A stretch of DNA of 64,000 bases from Chiloscyllium plagiosum (taxonomy: Eukaryota), in contig NC_057736.1 of the NCBI RefSeq assembly GCF_004010195.1, positions 5,853,376 through 5,917,375 of the forward strand, written 5' to 3'. The position numbers and the translations under genes are program-made. Under the pieces are notes generated by a model. It was not told the origin of the DNA, did no database searches, and was given only the letters and a program-made list of their open reading frames with translations. Within the stretch, counting starts at the first letter, position 1. Each line of letters opens with the position of its first letter. This document shows positions 11,640 through 24,649 of the stretch, piece by piece.

Positions 11640-13100
11640 TATATAGAAATCTATCAATCTCTGCCTTGAATGTACTCAAAGACGGAGCCTCCATATCCCT
11701 CTGGGACAGAGAAATCCTAAGACTGACCAACCTCTGAATGAACAAATCAGTACTAAATGACCGACCCCTTAAACTGAAACAGTCTGATTTAGAATCCCCA
11801 AGCCAGGGGAGGTAGCCCTCCTACGTCTGAGCTGTTAAGCTCTGAAATAATTCTGTATGCTTGAGTGGGATCACCTCTCACTGAGAATGGAGAGAACAAA
11901 GCCCCAGGCTACTCGGATGCTGCCTGGATTGCTGTGCTCTTCCAGCACCACTGATCCAGAATCTGGTTTCCAGCATCTGCAGTCATTGTTTTTACCTTTT
12001 CATCATAGGACATTATCCCAGGAATTACTTCAGTGAACGTCTGTTCACTCTGTCTACCGCTAATCAGACCATTGATATTTTCATCCAAATCATATATATA
12101 TATATTGCAAACAACAAAGATTCCAGCACTGATCCTTGCAGTCCACCACTAGTCACAGACTTATAGTCAGAAAGCACCGCTCCACAATTAATTCTCTGTT
12201 TTCTATGACCAAGCCAATTTTGTGTTGAACTTACAATTTACTGTGGATCCCATGTGACTTAATCTTCTGGACTCGGCCTACCATGAGGTACATTGTCAAA
12301 TGCTTTAGTTAAGTCCATGTAGGCCATGTCCAATGCCCTACTCTCATCAATCAGCTTCATCACTTCCTCAAAAAACGTTTTAAAAATTTGGGGGACAAGA
12401 TCTTTGCTGCACAAAGCTATGCTGACCATTCCTACTAAGTTCATTATTTTCCAAATGCAAGTAAATCCTATCCCTAAGTAATTTCTCCAATAATTTTGTG
12501 ACCACTCATCAGCCTATAATTTTCTAGAATAATATCCCAGTTACCCTTCTTAAACAAAAGAACATCATTGGCTACTCTCCAGTCATCCAGCACCTTGCTT
12601 ATGGCGAAAGAGAATCCACAGATCTCTGTCAAGACCTCAGCAATCTCCTCTCTTCCCTCCCCCATTATCCTGGGATAGATCCCATGGGGTGTTACCTATC
12701 TTAATGTTTTTCAAGACACGCAACACCTCCTCCTTCTTAATATTGACATGTTTTAGAATATCAACATATCCCTCTTACCATCATCAACATCCTTCTCTCT
12801 GGTGAATACCAATGCAAAGTACTCATTAAGGACTTCACATACTTCCACTGGCTCCAGGCATATTTTCCCTCTTTTGTCCTTGACTGGACCTACCTTTTCC
12901 CTAGCTACCCTCTTGCTCTCAATATATGTATAACCTGCAAACTCCTACTTGCCAAGAACATTTCATGGTCCCTTCTACCTCTCCTAATTCCTTGTTTAAT
13001 TTCTTTCCTGTTTCCTAAACCATACATATGCTTCCCTTTGCTTTTTTTTTTGACTAAACTTTAAATATTTCTTGTCATCAAGGGCTCCCGAAACTTGCCA
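11640..13100 (-). mobile_element. Degraded CR1-type LINE fragments with a PLE family A fragment at ~11910-11997
   Basis: ORF remnants MDLTKAFDNVPHG and DDWRVANDVLLFKKG. Confidence 0.82.
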
Positions 13101-13209
13101 TCATTCTATGATAGTAAATTTGAGCTTGTATCACTTTTCACTGACCTTGGATTTCCTCCATAACTAAAGAATGTCCACAGCCCATACATTCCAAACCAAC
13201 ATTCCTGAG

Positions 13210-13712
13210 AGTCTGGTCACCCTGCTATAGGAAGGATTTTATTAGACTGGAGAGGGTGCAGAAAAGATTTACTAGGATATTACTGAGACTGGATAAGCTG
13301 GGGCATTCTTCACTGGGGTGTGGAAGGTTGACGGTTAACCTGATAGAGATTTATAAAAACATGAGGGGGAATGGATAAGGTGAATAGCAAAAATCTTTTC
13401 TCTAAGGTGGGGGAGTTCAAAACTAGGGGGCATATTTTTAAAGTGAGAGAAGAAAGATTTATAAGGGTCCTGAGCAACAACTTTTTCACATAGAGGGTGG
13501 TTTGTGTGTGGGATGAACTGCCAGAGGAAGTGACAGACGCAGGTACAGTTACAACATTTAAAAAAGATTTGGACAGGTACATGAATAGGAAAGGTTCAGA
13601 GGGATATGGGCCAAATACAGAAAAATGGGACTTATTTTAGTTTGGGAACTTTGGTCAGCATAGACAAGTTAGACGGAAGGGTCTGATTCCTTGTTGTATG
13701 ATTCTATGACTC
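13210..13712 (+). mobile_element. CR1/HER1-type LINE 3' fragment
   Basis: ggagagggtgcagaaaagatttac... ending in the tctatgactct tail. Confidence 0.88.
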
Positions 13713-14559
13713 TGGGAGGTTGGCCTTATTCTCCATGGGTTACATAATTTCTTATTGAACATATAAACAAAGACAGCAGCAGGCTATTTGGTCCCATGTG
13801 AATGTATTTAATAAGATCATGGTGGTTATGATTTGATGTTTGTTCTCTTGAATGTGCCAGTTTATGTAATCACGCTCTGTATGCAGCCATGTGGTATAGC
13901 TACTGAAGCATCTTGAGGCTGGAGCATCAATGGTGAACCGGGGTGTGTGCATGCGTGCGTGTGTCTGTATATATATTAGTGTGCAGTAATCCAACAATGT
14001 TTCTTGTCCAGTCTTTAGATTTATCAAATATAATTTCCCACCTTACAATGGAGGGATAAACTCTCAACATTTAGTGATGCCAGTCCAATGCCATTACCAT
14101 GCTGTCACTTGATCCACATTAGCAAAGAGAATATCACCCCAACTGCAATCAAGTAACTCTTGGTTTCCATGACACAATACCTCACAATATGATGCATTTA
14201 CCCAAAAATCAAATAATTTTTCCTTCGCAAGGGAAATGGTGCAAAAACACCAATAGTTTCACTTGTTCTTAAATTTGAGTGCTGGTTTAACACAAGTGAG
14301 CCAGTGAAGGAATATTCTCAACTATGGAATGGGTAGATTAGTTGACCCAATAGCTAGTTTGCAATTCAGAGTAATACTAACAACTCGGGTTCAATTGCCA
14401 CACTGACTGAGATTACCATGAAGGTCCAACATTTTTCCCTTGCCTGAAGAGTGCTGACCCATCAGGGTTAAACCCCGGCCAATTGTCTGTCTTTAATGGA
14501 AGAGCACCCCTGCAGTCTGGGCAACTTTATCTTCTTTATTCTCAATTAGAAACACTTAC

Positions 14560-14661
14560 AGGAATTTCAACTTCTTGTTTAACCTCTGTGTTGACTGCTG
14601 CACCATCCTTTGCTGGACATGTTTGTAACGTTTCTCCCAGCAACTCGTCCTTTATGATTAT
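14560..14661 (-). CDS. Internal exon of the minus-strand unidentified gene
   Basis: Acceptor tttactgtttttgtgtcag, donor CCT|gtaagt, 102 nt, phase 0-0, single open frame IIIKDELLGETLQTCPAKDGAAVNTEVKQEVEIP. Confidence 0.68.
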
Positions 14662-14744
14662 CTGACACAAAAACAGTAAAGTAAAGAATTGTTAAATAGA
14701 AGAAAAATGTCAGATCTTGTGGTGCGTTTCATTCCCTCTCTTAC

Positions 14745-14810
14745 CTTGTAGCATGATCCACGAATGATAGCTTTAGAGCAATCACATATCCGCCATGCAG
14801 AATGGAGAGC
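14745..14810 (-). CDS. Internal exon of the minus-strand unidentified gene
   Basis: Acceptor cacttatagccag (an in-frame alternative lies 45 nt upstream), donor AAG|gtaaga, 66 nt, ALHSAWRICDCSKAIIRGSCYK; joins the next exon in frame across an 83-nt intron. Confidence 0.6.
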
Positions 14811-14867
14811 CTGGCTATAAGTGATCAAGATTAATTTCATATAACCTCTGATTTTCTGGAAGTATAG

Positions 14868-15130
14868 CATAGAACATAGGTGTAGGAGTAGGCCATTTGG
14901 CCCTTCAATATGATCATGGCTGATCAGGCAAGCTTAGTATCCCATTCCCGTTTTCTCTCCATATCCAATGGTCCCTTTAGCTACAAGGGCCACGTCCAAC
15001 TGCCTCTTGAATATATCCAACAAACTGGCCCCAACAGCTTCCTGTGGGAAAGAATTCCACAGGTTCACAACTCTGAGTGAAGAAATTCTTCCTCATCTCA
15101 GTCCTGAATGGCGTACCCCTTATTCTTGAC
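14868..15130 (-). mobile_element. CR1-type LINE 3' tail
   Basis: atagaacatagg...ggagtaggccatttggccc...ttcttcctcatctcagtcct. Confidence 0.8.
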
Positions 15131-15194
15131 TGCTTCTAATCCTGCTATAATCAGGAAGCACTGATGCAGTTTCAGTCATAAGTTCAGTTCCAGA

Positions 15195-15510
15195 GGTAGC
15201 ACGGTGGCTATTGGTGTGAGGGACCTGCGTTCAATTCCATGCTTGGGTGACTGTGTGTGTAGAGTTTGCGCATTCTCCCCGTGACTGCTTGGGTTTCCTC
15301 TGGTGCTCTGGTTTCCCCCCACAGTCACAAAGATGTGCAGGTTAGGTGGATTGGACATGCTGTATTGTCCAGGGATGTATAGGCTAGGTGGCTTAGTTAT
15401 GGGAATTGTAGGGTCAAAGCAATGGGGTGGATCTTGGTGGGATGCTCTTCAGAGAGTCGGTGTGGACTTGATCGGCTGAATGACCTGCTTCCACATTGTA
15501 AGGATTCTGT
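15195..15510 (+). mobile_element. HE1-like V-SINE
   Basis: tRNA-like head, V-domain (tttgcgcattctccccgtg...ggtttcccccc) and CR1-derived tail. Confidence 0.82.
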
Positions 15511-16009
15511 GTTTGCTTGGGTTGATTCTCCTTTTTAAGTCGACTGTGTGCTGCTTAAACAGACTCTGCCAAGTTAATAAATGACTTGCTTTCAGTCATG
15601 TCTTAGCTGCTACTTCACCCCAAGCTCCTTGGTGGAAATGAACCCTGTCTATTTACTAGTTGGCCTGTGGTAAGATACCAATCACCTTGGAGTTGACGAT
15701 GAAATCTGTTGTTCCTATACTTGATTGCACAATGCTAGACATTAGAAGATCAGATCAGACATGTCACCCTGACTTATATAGACTATACTGTTGTTTCATT
15801 GCTGCTGCTAGATCATGGTCTTGGATCTCTGCTCAGATTGGCATTGTGGCTGCAATAGTTCAGGAAGGAGTCTCGGCATCACCTTCTCAGAAACAGTTAG
15901 GGCTAAACAATGAATGTTGGCCAAGCCAGGGATGCCCACATCCCATGAATAACTCATCCTGGCCTGTCCCCTCCATGACACAAAGCTGGGTGGATAGATG
16001 ATCTATGAG

Positions 16010-16740
16010 GAAGGTAAAGAGAAGCTTTAGTTGAGCTTGTGGACAAATGCATGTAGACACAGTATAATGTGGGTAACCATGAGATTATCTACTTTGGTAG
16101 TAAAAACAGGAAGGCTGATTATTACCTGAATCTGATTGAGAAAGACAGAAGTTGAACAAAACCTGAGTGCCCTTGTGCATCAACCGCTGAAAGTAAGCCT
16201 TCAGATGCAACAGCTGGTAAAGAAGGCAAATGGTACGTTGGCTTCCCAGTGACAGGATTGGAGTATAGGGGCAGGGATGTCTTGCTGCAAATGTGCAGGG
16301 CCTTGGAGAGACCACACCTGGAGTACTCTGTGCATTTTTGGTCTCCAAGAGGCCTGGCAATGGAGGGAATGCAACACAGGTTTACCAGACTGATTCCTGG
16401 GATGTCAGGACTGATGTATGAAGAGAGATTGGATCGGTTAGAACTGTATTCAATGTACGTTTGAAGAATAAGGAGGGATCTCATAGAAAACTATAAAATG
16501 CTGTAAACGTCAGATGTTCCTGATGGTGGCAGAGTCCAACCAAGCTTCATAGTTTAAGGATACAGGGTAGGCCATTTAAAATTGAGATGAGGAGAAAATT
16601 CTCCACCCAGAGAGTGGTGAGCCTGTGGAATTCTCTGTCACCGAAAGTGTTGAGACCAAAACTCTGAATGCTTCAAGGAGGAGTTGGATATAGGTCCCAG
16701 GGCCAAAGAGATCAAAAGGTATGAGGAGAAAATTGGAACG
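16010..16740 (+). mobile_element. CR1-type LINE 3' fragment
   Basis: ORF remnant LEYRGRDVLLQMCRALERPHLEYSVHFWSP. Confidence 0.85.
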
Positions 16741-17129
16741 ATGGTGGGGGGAGGAGTGGTTTTGGTGTGGTTGAAATTCCAAAATATGCACATTGGGACA
16801 TTGTTCACCTAATCCTCCATATCAGCCCACCCATCCACTTCCCTCTCCCTGGCATTGCTCCATTACTATGATTCATTTCTTTGTCGTGGAATGGCTGGAA
16901 TTCTATTTATACAAAAGCGGCATTAAATCATGTAAGGATTTGTTACTCTTGAAACCTAAAACTGTAAATTACAAAGGCAGCTGCTGCGAAGAGTAATTAG
17001 CAGAAATTATTTGATTTTCTTGCCTCATGAAGTATTTTCCAGATGCTAATTTCCTCTCATAAATGAGACATCATGGACTGGTAACATTAAAGGGGGGAAA
17101 GGAAGCTCAGGAGGAAGAAGTAATCTCAG

Positions 17130-17567
17130 AACATCTTGAGGAATAACATCTCATCTTCAGACTTGGCACTTTATAGTCTCTGGACTTAACATTAAGTTCA
17201 ACAGACTGCGAACCAACTCCCATCCCTTCCCTTTTGTTTAGCTTTACTTGTTCCATTCTCTGTTACCATACCTTCTCTCCCTTCCCCCCACCCGAGTGGG
17301 TCTGTCTGCTCTTCCGAGTTGGGCAGTTAGACACACCATTGTTCTGCCATTCTCACATTCTCATCACTTAATCCAAAATATCAACATCCTTTGTTCCCCA
17401 GCACTCCAAATGCCACCACCCCCAAACCCCACCCTTCTTCTCGCAACTATGAATACTGCCCCCTCCACACTTCACTTCAGCTCTGATGAACAGTCATGTC
17501 GACTTGAAACGTCTTTCTCCATGGATGCTGTCTGACCCGCTGTGATCTCCAGCATTTGTTGTTTTCC
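17130..17567 (+). mobile_element. PLE 3' end (family C) with hammerhead core
   Basis: Remnant E.HLIFRLGTL (compare 53790 region); ctgatgaacagtcatgtcgacttgaaacgtc at ~17483-17513. Confidence 0.72.
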
Positions 17568-18044
17568 GGATTAGCCTCATTCGATTTCAATTTGGTTTGA
17601 CTCAGCAAGTGCAAAGATTTTTCAGAATCCAATCAACCCTAGCTACTTCAGAAAGCTGATCTTATTTATGTGTTATAACTGCATTTCCCCTACCAAATTC
17701 CGTAGATGCCATGGAATTACGAAAATGAACTAACAGCCTTAAAAGCTGCCTGCGAGAAATAAGTTTGACTTCAGTTTACAAAATTTGCTAAGCACACCAG
17801 GAGATTTTGTTCAACCGATACAAATCTAACATGGTTGAACTCTTATTCAACTTGCTTATCTCAAGGGAAAACTTACAACAGCCAAGTAACAAAAAATTTA
17901 ATTGAAAAGCATTGAGTTTAAAATTAAGTCTTAAGTAGATGTATACAAATGCCTGTAAATTTGCATATATTAACCTCTTTGACAAGAATTCTTCGCTGCA
18001 TCTAGCTAGCACCCTGTGGTGTCTATGGCAGTCCTTTCTTCTCA

Positions 18045-18368
18045 GATTCACAGAATCCCTATTGTGTGGAAGCAGGCCATTTGGCCCATTGAGTCCACAA
18101 CGATCCTCCAACGAGCATCCCACCCATTTCCCATGGCCAATCCAAATAACCTACACAACCCTGGACACTATGGCCATTTCCCATGATTAATACACCAAAC
18201 CTGCACATCTTTGGACTGTGGGAGGAAACCAGTGCACCCGGAGGAAATCCACACAGACACGGGAAGAATGTGCAAACTCCACACAGACAATCACCTGAGG
18301 CTGGAATTGAACCTGGGTTCCTGGTGCTGTGAGGCATCAGTGCTAACCACTGAGCCACAGTGCTGCCC
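18045..18368 (-). mobile_element. HE1-like V-SINE
   Basis: Reverse complement of gcagcactgtggctcagtggttagcactg; A/B boxes, V-domain and tail present. Confidence 0.9.
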
Positions 18369-18629
18369 CACTCTTAATCATTGAAAATCGACAATATGGT
18401 AATTCTTTACATTGTCACTTAATAGGGAAACCGTCTTTGTCTTCTCTTGGAGAACAATAAGGGAGCACAGTATGGTGAGTAATCAATTTCTTTATTGCAT
18501 AGGCATTCTGTCAAGGTCTCTAGAACTACTTTTTATGCACCAAAGTTAAATAAGATAACCACTGCGAGGGAGTGCTGGTTAGGATGAAGTCACCACCAGA
18601 ATAATATTCCCATTAGTCTATTCAAAACA

Positions 18630-18830
18630 GGAGTTAAAATGTGTGGCACTGGAAAATCACAAAAGGTCAGGCAGCATCTGAGGAGCATGAAAGTTGATGA
18701 TTCGAGCATAAGCTCTTCATCAAGAATGTCGACTCTCCTGCTCCTGGGGTGCTACCTGAGCTGCTGTGCTTTTCCAGCGCCACTTTTTTTTGACTCTGAC
18801 TATCCAACATCAGCAGTCCTCACTTTCTCC
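18630..18830. mobile_element. Fold-back PLE-derived element, family A (decayed)
   Basis: Inverted arms; ctattcaaa duplicated on both sides. Confidence 0.8.
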
Positions 18831-19344
18831 TATTCAAACAAGGTATCAACAAACTGCAACAACACTAATTTGTTACTGGGCTGCTTCATATACTGAGATC
18901 CCACAGGTTGCGAAAGATCTTTAGCAGTCTGATAGATGTCATGGGCTCCATCTCCAGATTGACCCAGGTGCAAGCAAAACAGCAAAGGAGAGGCAAGGGG
19001 CCCAAACCAATATCCTCAACAGTCTCACACACACTGCTCATGTTGATGTCAGTATTAAGAGATCCACGTTGTGCCCCATCTTTTGGTAAGCTGGGTGACT
19101 GAAGGTCAGAAAACCTAAAAAAGGAGAAGAGCCAAATATTTAGGAGTAATCCTTGGTTAAAAGAAAAGGGTTGAATCTTCTCACTTCAAATACGTACAAC
19201 TCAGTATCCTCCCACAATTTCAAGAAGAGTTGTGGCTCAAATAATTCTAATCCAGAATTGAACAGGGAGATGGATCCTACAAAAACTTGGCACACCCTAA
19301 ATATGAGTACCACAGTTATGCATTCTAACATAATGTCAATATCA

Positions 19345-19565
19345 TCAAATGGGAATACTACCATCGACAAAGTCCCTTTCCAAGTCACACATCATCCTGA
19401 CTTGGAAATATTTCAATGTTCCTTCACAGTTAGTGAGTCATAATGCTGGAAGCCCCCACCCCCTTCCTTCCAGCACTGTGAGTACATGTAAAATACATGG
19501 ACTGCAGAGCTTCAAAACAGCTGCTGAACATCACCTTCTCAAGATCAAATCAATAAACTCTGCTG
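19345..19565 (+). mobile_element. CR1/L2-like LINE 3' fragment (second LINE family)
   Basis: caagtcacacatcatcctgacttggaaata...catcaccttctcaag, homologous to 34070-34530. Confidence 0.7.
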
Positions 19566-19587
19566 GTTAGCTGATTGTTAATATGGA

Positions 19588-20160
19588 GGAGAAAGTGAGG
19601 ACTGCAGATGCTGGAGATCAGAGTAAAAAAAGTGTGGTGCTGGAAAAGCACAGCAGGTCAGGTAGCATCCAAGGAGCAGAAGAATCGACGTTTCAGGCAT
19701 AAGCCCTTCTTCTCTCACTGAGATCCTTGTAGAGGGAGGAGGAGAGCTTCTTCAAGGTAGGCATCCTTGCAAGTGGATTCGCAGTAGGTTAAGATCAACT
19801 AGGAGAAAGTGAGGACTGCAGATGTTGGAGACCAGAGTTGAAAAGTGTGGTGCTGGAAAAACACAGCAGGCCAGGCCAGAGTTCTCCTGCTCCTCGGATG
19901 CTGCCTGGCCTGCTGCGCTTTTCCAGCACCACACTTTTCAACTCTGGTCTCCAGCATCTGCAGTCCTCACTTTCTCCTAGTTGATCTTAACCTACTGCGA
20001 ATCCACTTGCAAGGATGCCTACCTTGAAGAAGCACTCCTCCTCCCTCTACAAGGATCTCAGTGAGAGAAGAAGGGCTTATGCCTGAAACGTCGATTCTTC
20101 TGCTCCTTGGATGCTGCCTGGCCTGCTGTGTTTTTCCAGCACCACACTTTTCAACTCTGA
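19588..20160. mobile_element. Large fold-back PLE family A insertion (~570 bp) with tandem terminal repeats
   Basis: 19615-19877 is the reverse complement of ~19900-20160; degenerate TSD ctgattgttaatatg/ctgattatcaatgtg. Confidence 0.9.
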
Positions 20161-20177
20161 TTATCAATGTGCCCCAC

Positions 20178-20410
20178 ATTCCCGCCTCAGGCGACTGACT
20201 GTGTGGATTTGCACGTTCTCCCCGTGTCTGCGTGGGTTTCCTCCCACAGTCCAAAGATGTACAGGTCAGGTGAATTGGCCATGCTAAATTGCCCGTAGTG
20301 TTAGGTAAGGGGTAAATGTAGGGGTATGGGTGGGTTGCGCTTCGGCGGGGCGGTGTGGACTTGTTGGGTCGAAGGGCCTGTTTCCATACTGTAATGTAAT
20401 CTAATCTAAT
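20178..20410 (+). mobile_element. 5'-truncated HE1-like V-SINE
   Basis: V-domain plus (taatc)n tail. Confidence 0.88.
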
Positions 20411-20479
20411 TCAAAGGGATAGGAATGCTAGACATTGAATTGTTTGGGAAAAAGATCTAAAGACCTTGGAGTCATAACA

Positions 20480-21465
20480 CTGTGCTCTCAACTTCCACTT
20501 CAGAGACCTGAGCATGAAATCTAATTTGGAACTTCACTTCAGTACTCAGTGTACTGCACTGTCAGAGGTACTGTCATCCAGGTGTGACATCAATCATATT
20601 GATGTTGGTGCATCGATGTGGACTTGTTGGGTCGAAGGGCCTGTTTCCACACAGTAGGGATTCTAATTCTAATAAAATTCAAATGCCACATCAGCGTGGA
20701 AGTAAGATATTCCGCATCAATATTTGAAGAACGGGAGTTCATTGAATGGTCGGGCCAAAACTATCCTACAACTGTGTGCCCAATTTAGAAGTGGAATCCA
20801 AAACTGAGAGTTTAAAGACAACCACAAAGCAATTGACAATGTATTGCCCAGACTGCTCTCAAGGGGTCTCCTTGAAGATAAAGTATGAATGCATGGCCGC
20901 TGTGCAGCTGTCAAAAGAAATTTAAATATAGCTCATCTTGCAACAAATATATTGGTCATAAATGCACTTGAGGAGGCGCTTGTTCAGCACAGGAGAGAAA
21001 AGAAATAGAAAGATATGCTGATGATGTGAGATAAAATGGGATGAAGCTCCTATGGAACATAACAAGCTGGGCAAGTTGACCATAAGTCCATCAGATGTCA
21101 GAGTTAAAGCAGGCCATTCAGCCCATTGAGTCTCCTGCCACCATTCAATGTGATTACGGGTGATCTGAATAAACGTCAACTCCACTTTTCTGCCTTTTCC
21201 CTATAACTGAATACGGGAATCACTTATTGATTAAAAATCTGTCTATCTCAGCCTTGAATAAACAACACTCTACAGCCTGTCTGTACGTAAATTCAATCTA
21301 GCTAATAAGAAATATCTGGTCATATATTTAATTGCTCTTTGTAGGATGTGGCCACATTCAGATTGACTGGTACATTTCTTATATTACACCTAGATTCATT
21401 GAAAAGTATTTCACTGCTCCAAAAGCACTTGTGACCTCATGGGAAATATATAAATGCACATTATT
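20480..21465 (+). mobile_element. Fragmented Deu-domain-type SINE with inserted CR1/SINE tails
   Basis: tactgcactgtcagagg..., tatctggtcat...attgct...aaagcactt...atataaatgca; same family as 55430-56000. CR1 tail at ~21100-21270 (-). Confidence 0.5.
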
Positions 21466-22954
21466 TCCTTCCTAGTTTGATAGTTTTCATGTATAAATCA
21501 CAAATGGTTGTGCAACTTTGAACCTCCCTGCCTCACAAGACAATAGGGATGGAATCATGGAATATTTTTAAGACAAAGGTCAATGGTGGATATCTCTTGC
21601 TAGGCAGGGGAAGTGATAGTTATACGGGTGGATGGGAATGTGGAATTCAAAACACAAAAAGATCATCCATGATCTTAGCAAATAGTGCCAGAGGCTCAAA
21701 ATGAATGAAGTAATCTGCCTCTGCTCCTATTTTGTATGCGAGTAACATTTTCACTGATAATTGCACTTTCATCCCTCGGATTTAGGTTTGAATTTGATCG
21801 GGATGTACAAGATGAAAGTTTCCGTGCCACTTATTAATCCCCACATAAAATCTTTTTGGTCAGAGTTGACCCATTTCTTCCTGAGCACAGATGTGCTCTT
21901 TAAGATCTATCTATAGTTCAGGGTAATTGTCAATCTCAACCAGAGAGCTCGAAATAGAGAAAAATAATAGAATCACACTTCCTGAAAGGAGTTAGGCACT
22001 TCAAAAGCCGAAGCCAAACCATATTGTTGGAGCAGTTGGAGTTTTACTCTGAAGTTGGCTGTTCTATATTTGATCTGAACGTACTTGATCCTGACACTGA
22101 ATGGTAAATGGTAAAAATAGAAATGTTCCATTCTTCCAGACTGATATCCTTTACCTTGATGAGCATGAAATCAATTTGCATTATTTTGCACTCTTTCTTT
22201 CCTGGATTCCCTTCACCCATTGAAATAACTGGTCAATCTGAGGCAAATACGCCCTCTTCACTCCAGTTAAAATAGATCTCCCATCAGGACCCTCCATTGA
22301 TTTGGCTCCTTTACTGAAATGAACAAATTGCACTGAGTTTGCTCGTTAATTCCTCAAATAGCAAGGTTATAAGGAAGAGGAGCAGGAGTAGGCTAATCAG
22401 CCCATCAAGCCTGCTCCATCATTCACTAAGATCGTGGTTGCTCTGATTGTAATTTTCACCCCATTTTGCTGCCTCCCCTCATCATCCTCAATTCCTTGAA
22501 GATCAAAAATCTGTTGAGCTCAGGCTTGAGTGCATGCAATGACTCAGCATCCACAGCTGTCTATGGAAGAGAATTCTAATGATACTCGGGAAAAGAAATG
22601 TCTCCTGGCCTAAACCGAACGGATGGGTAATTTTACACAACTTTAATGAGAGTTCAGCCATTGCCGTGCAGAGTAAAGTAGCCCCACTTCCATGTACCAA
22701 AGCTATTGTAGTCTGTGCAGCCATAATCTTGTTCTGCCTGGGTTTCTGCCTCAGCCCATTGTATTTGCTGTTGCTAAGTCCCTGTGGGTAGTCGGGCCCA
22801 GGATGCTAAGCCATGAAATATAAAGGCTGCAAAGTGACACAAAGAGAGCATTTGCCTGAGATAATGTAGAAAGAGGACCAGCAGAAATTCTCTTGATGAT
22901 GAGATAATTTACAACAAATGTATTAAATAGCATAAATGGCAATGCAATCAAGTT

Positions 22955-23075
22955 GGGAGAAAGTGAGGACTGCAGAGGCTGGAGATCACAGTCGAAGAGC
23001 GTAGTGTTGGAAAGGCACAGCTGGTCAGGCAGCATCCAAGGAGCAGGAGAGGTTTGGCATAAGCTCGTCATCAGT
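22955..23075 (-). mobile_element. PLE family A terminal repeat, decayed hammerhead core
   Basis: ggagaaagtgaggactgcag...ggcataagctcgtcatcag (minus strand ctgatgacgagcttatgcc). Confidence 0.8.
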
Positions 23076-24649
23076 TGACTAACTGAGAAGATGATGGAGT
23101 ATTAAATTGGACAAATAACTTTTTTTGGAATTACGTACAATGCACAGTGTGGGCAGAGGTCGTTTAGCACATTATGGCCCCTTCTGGTAATATGCTCCAT
23201 TCAACATTTATTACATTAAAGGCAACAGCTACCAACAGGAAGTGATGCCACATCATGTGACAATGTGGAGCAGGATTTACTGCACAGGTGTTATGCAGGG
23301 ATCTCCCCACTCTTTACATCATTCAGTAAACAGTTCTGCTTATCAAGATGTGCTCCATGCCCATTTCCAATCATATTTACAATGTATTTTTAGCTTTCTT
23401 TTCCCTTTAAAAGCATCAATGCTGTGTACCTCAAATACTCACTCTGGTACAAGTGGGGACAGGAGCTAGATCAGAGTCTAATAACCTGGGCCCAGGGTTG
23501 TAGGATTCAGCTTTCAGTATGGGGACAAAGAGTGAGGGCTCACAGCGCATTGAACAGGGACTTGTGACAGGAGAAGCAAGGGTGACCATGACTTCTGTCC
23601 CTGGCAACAAGTTCCACATCCTAACAATTCTTTGGGTGAAAGAGGTTTCTCTTGCATTCCCTGTTGAATTTATCAGTGAGCATTTTATATTTATGGTCCT
23701 TAAATCAATAAACTGGGAAAAAGAAACTTATAATGAGGCAGGATTTGGTGATGATGTAGGGAGCTATCATTTCCAGGAGATGTCCATGTGCCATGAGTTG
23801 CTAGTCAAAGTCCAAATGATGTAATTTGGTGTAGCCATTAATTTTGCCCACATTAAGACTCCGCAGACATCAACTGAATGAACCACCAGACTGTCTATTT
23901 TTGCTGATGTTATTTGTGAAAGGAACTCTGCCAAGGACACAGTTAAAGTTCCTGGTTAAATGGAGCCCATGAAATAGATAGAAAATTGTTCTGTCTACTG
24001 CAATATCCAATCTGCTTATTGTGTTCCAGTGCTCTAACCCTGGGCTTCTTTCAGATGATGGTGGTGGAGAGGAGGTCAGACAATTATATATTTCTCTGAA
24101 TAAATAGCGAAGCAATGATAGAGACAGAGAAAAAAGCTTTAGCCAAGTTTGCAATCACTGGCTTCCCAAAAAGTGCCTTTAAATAAGTTAGTGAAAAGCA
24201 CAAAGAATCTTAAAGCAGCAATTTAATTTTAGAATCGTAGTATCCCTACAGTGTGGAAACAGGCCATTTGGCCCAACAAGTCCACTTTGACCCTCCTTTA
24301 AGCATTAAGAATGCCTGCAGAACAAGAGAAACTGGCATTATAATGGGCCAAGCATTAACTTCTTTTAGCACACTAAGTTAGTGAAACAATGAATGTTACA
24401 GATGGGAATCCTACAGGGGTCTCAGTGAAGTTAGTGATTGTGAGATTTCTGGCAGAATTGGGTGAGAGGGCCAACGATGCCCATCTTGACATTGGGAGGA
24501 AGCTGATGCATTTGCCAAGGAGCACGGTGATTTTCTCGAGAGGCAGTAGTGAGTTGCCAATTAAAAGGAAATACACTGCAACTCACCTCATTAATATTCC
24601 GCTGATAGAGCAACTACATGAAGTCTGGGTCTGCAAACTTCAGCTCCAT

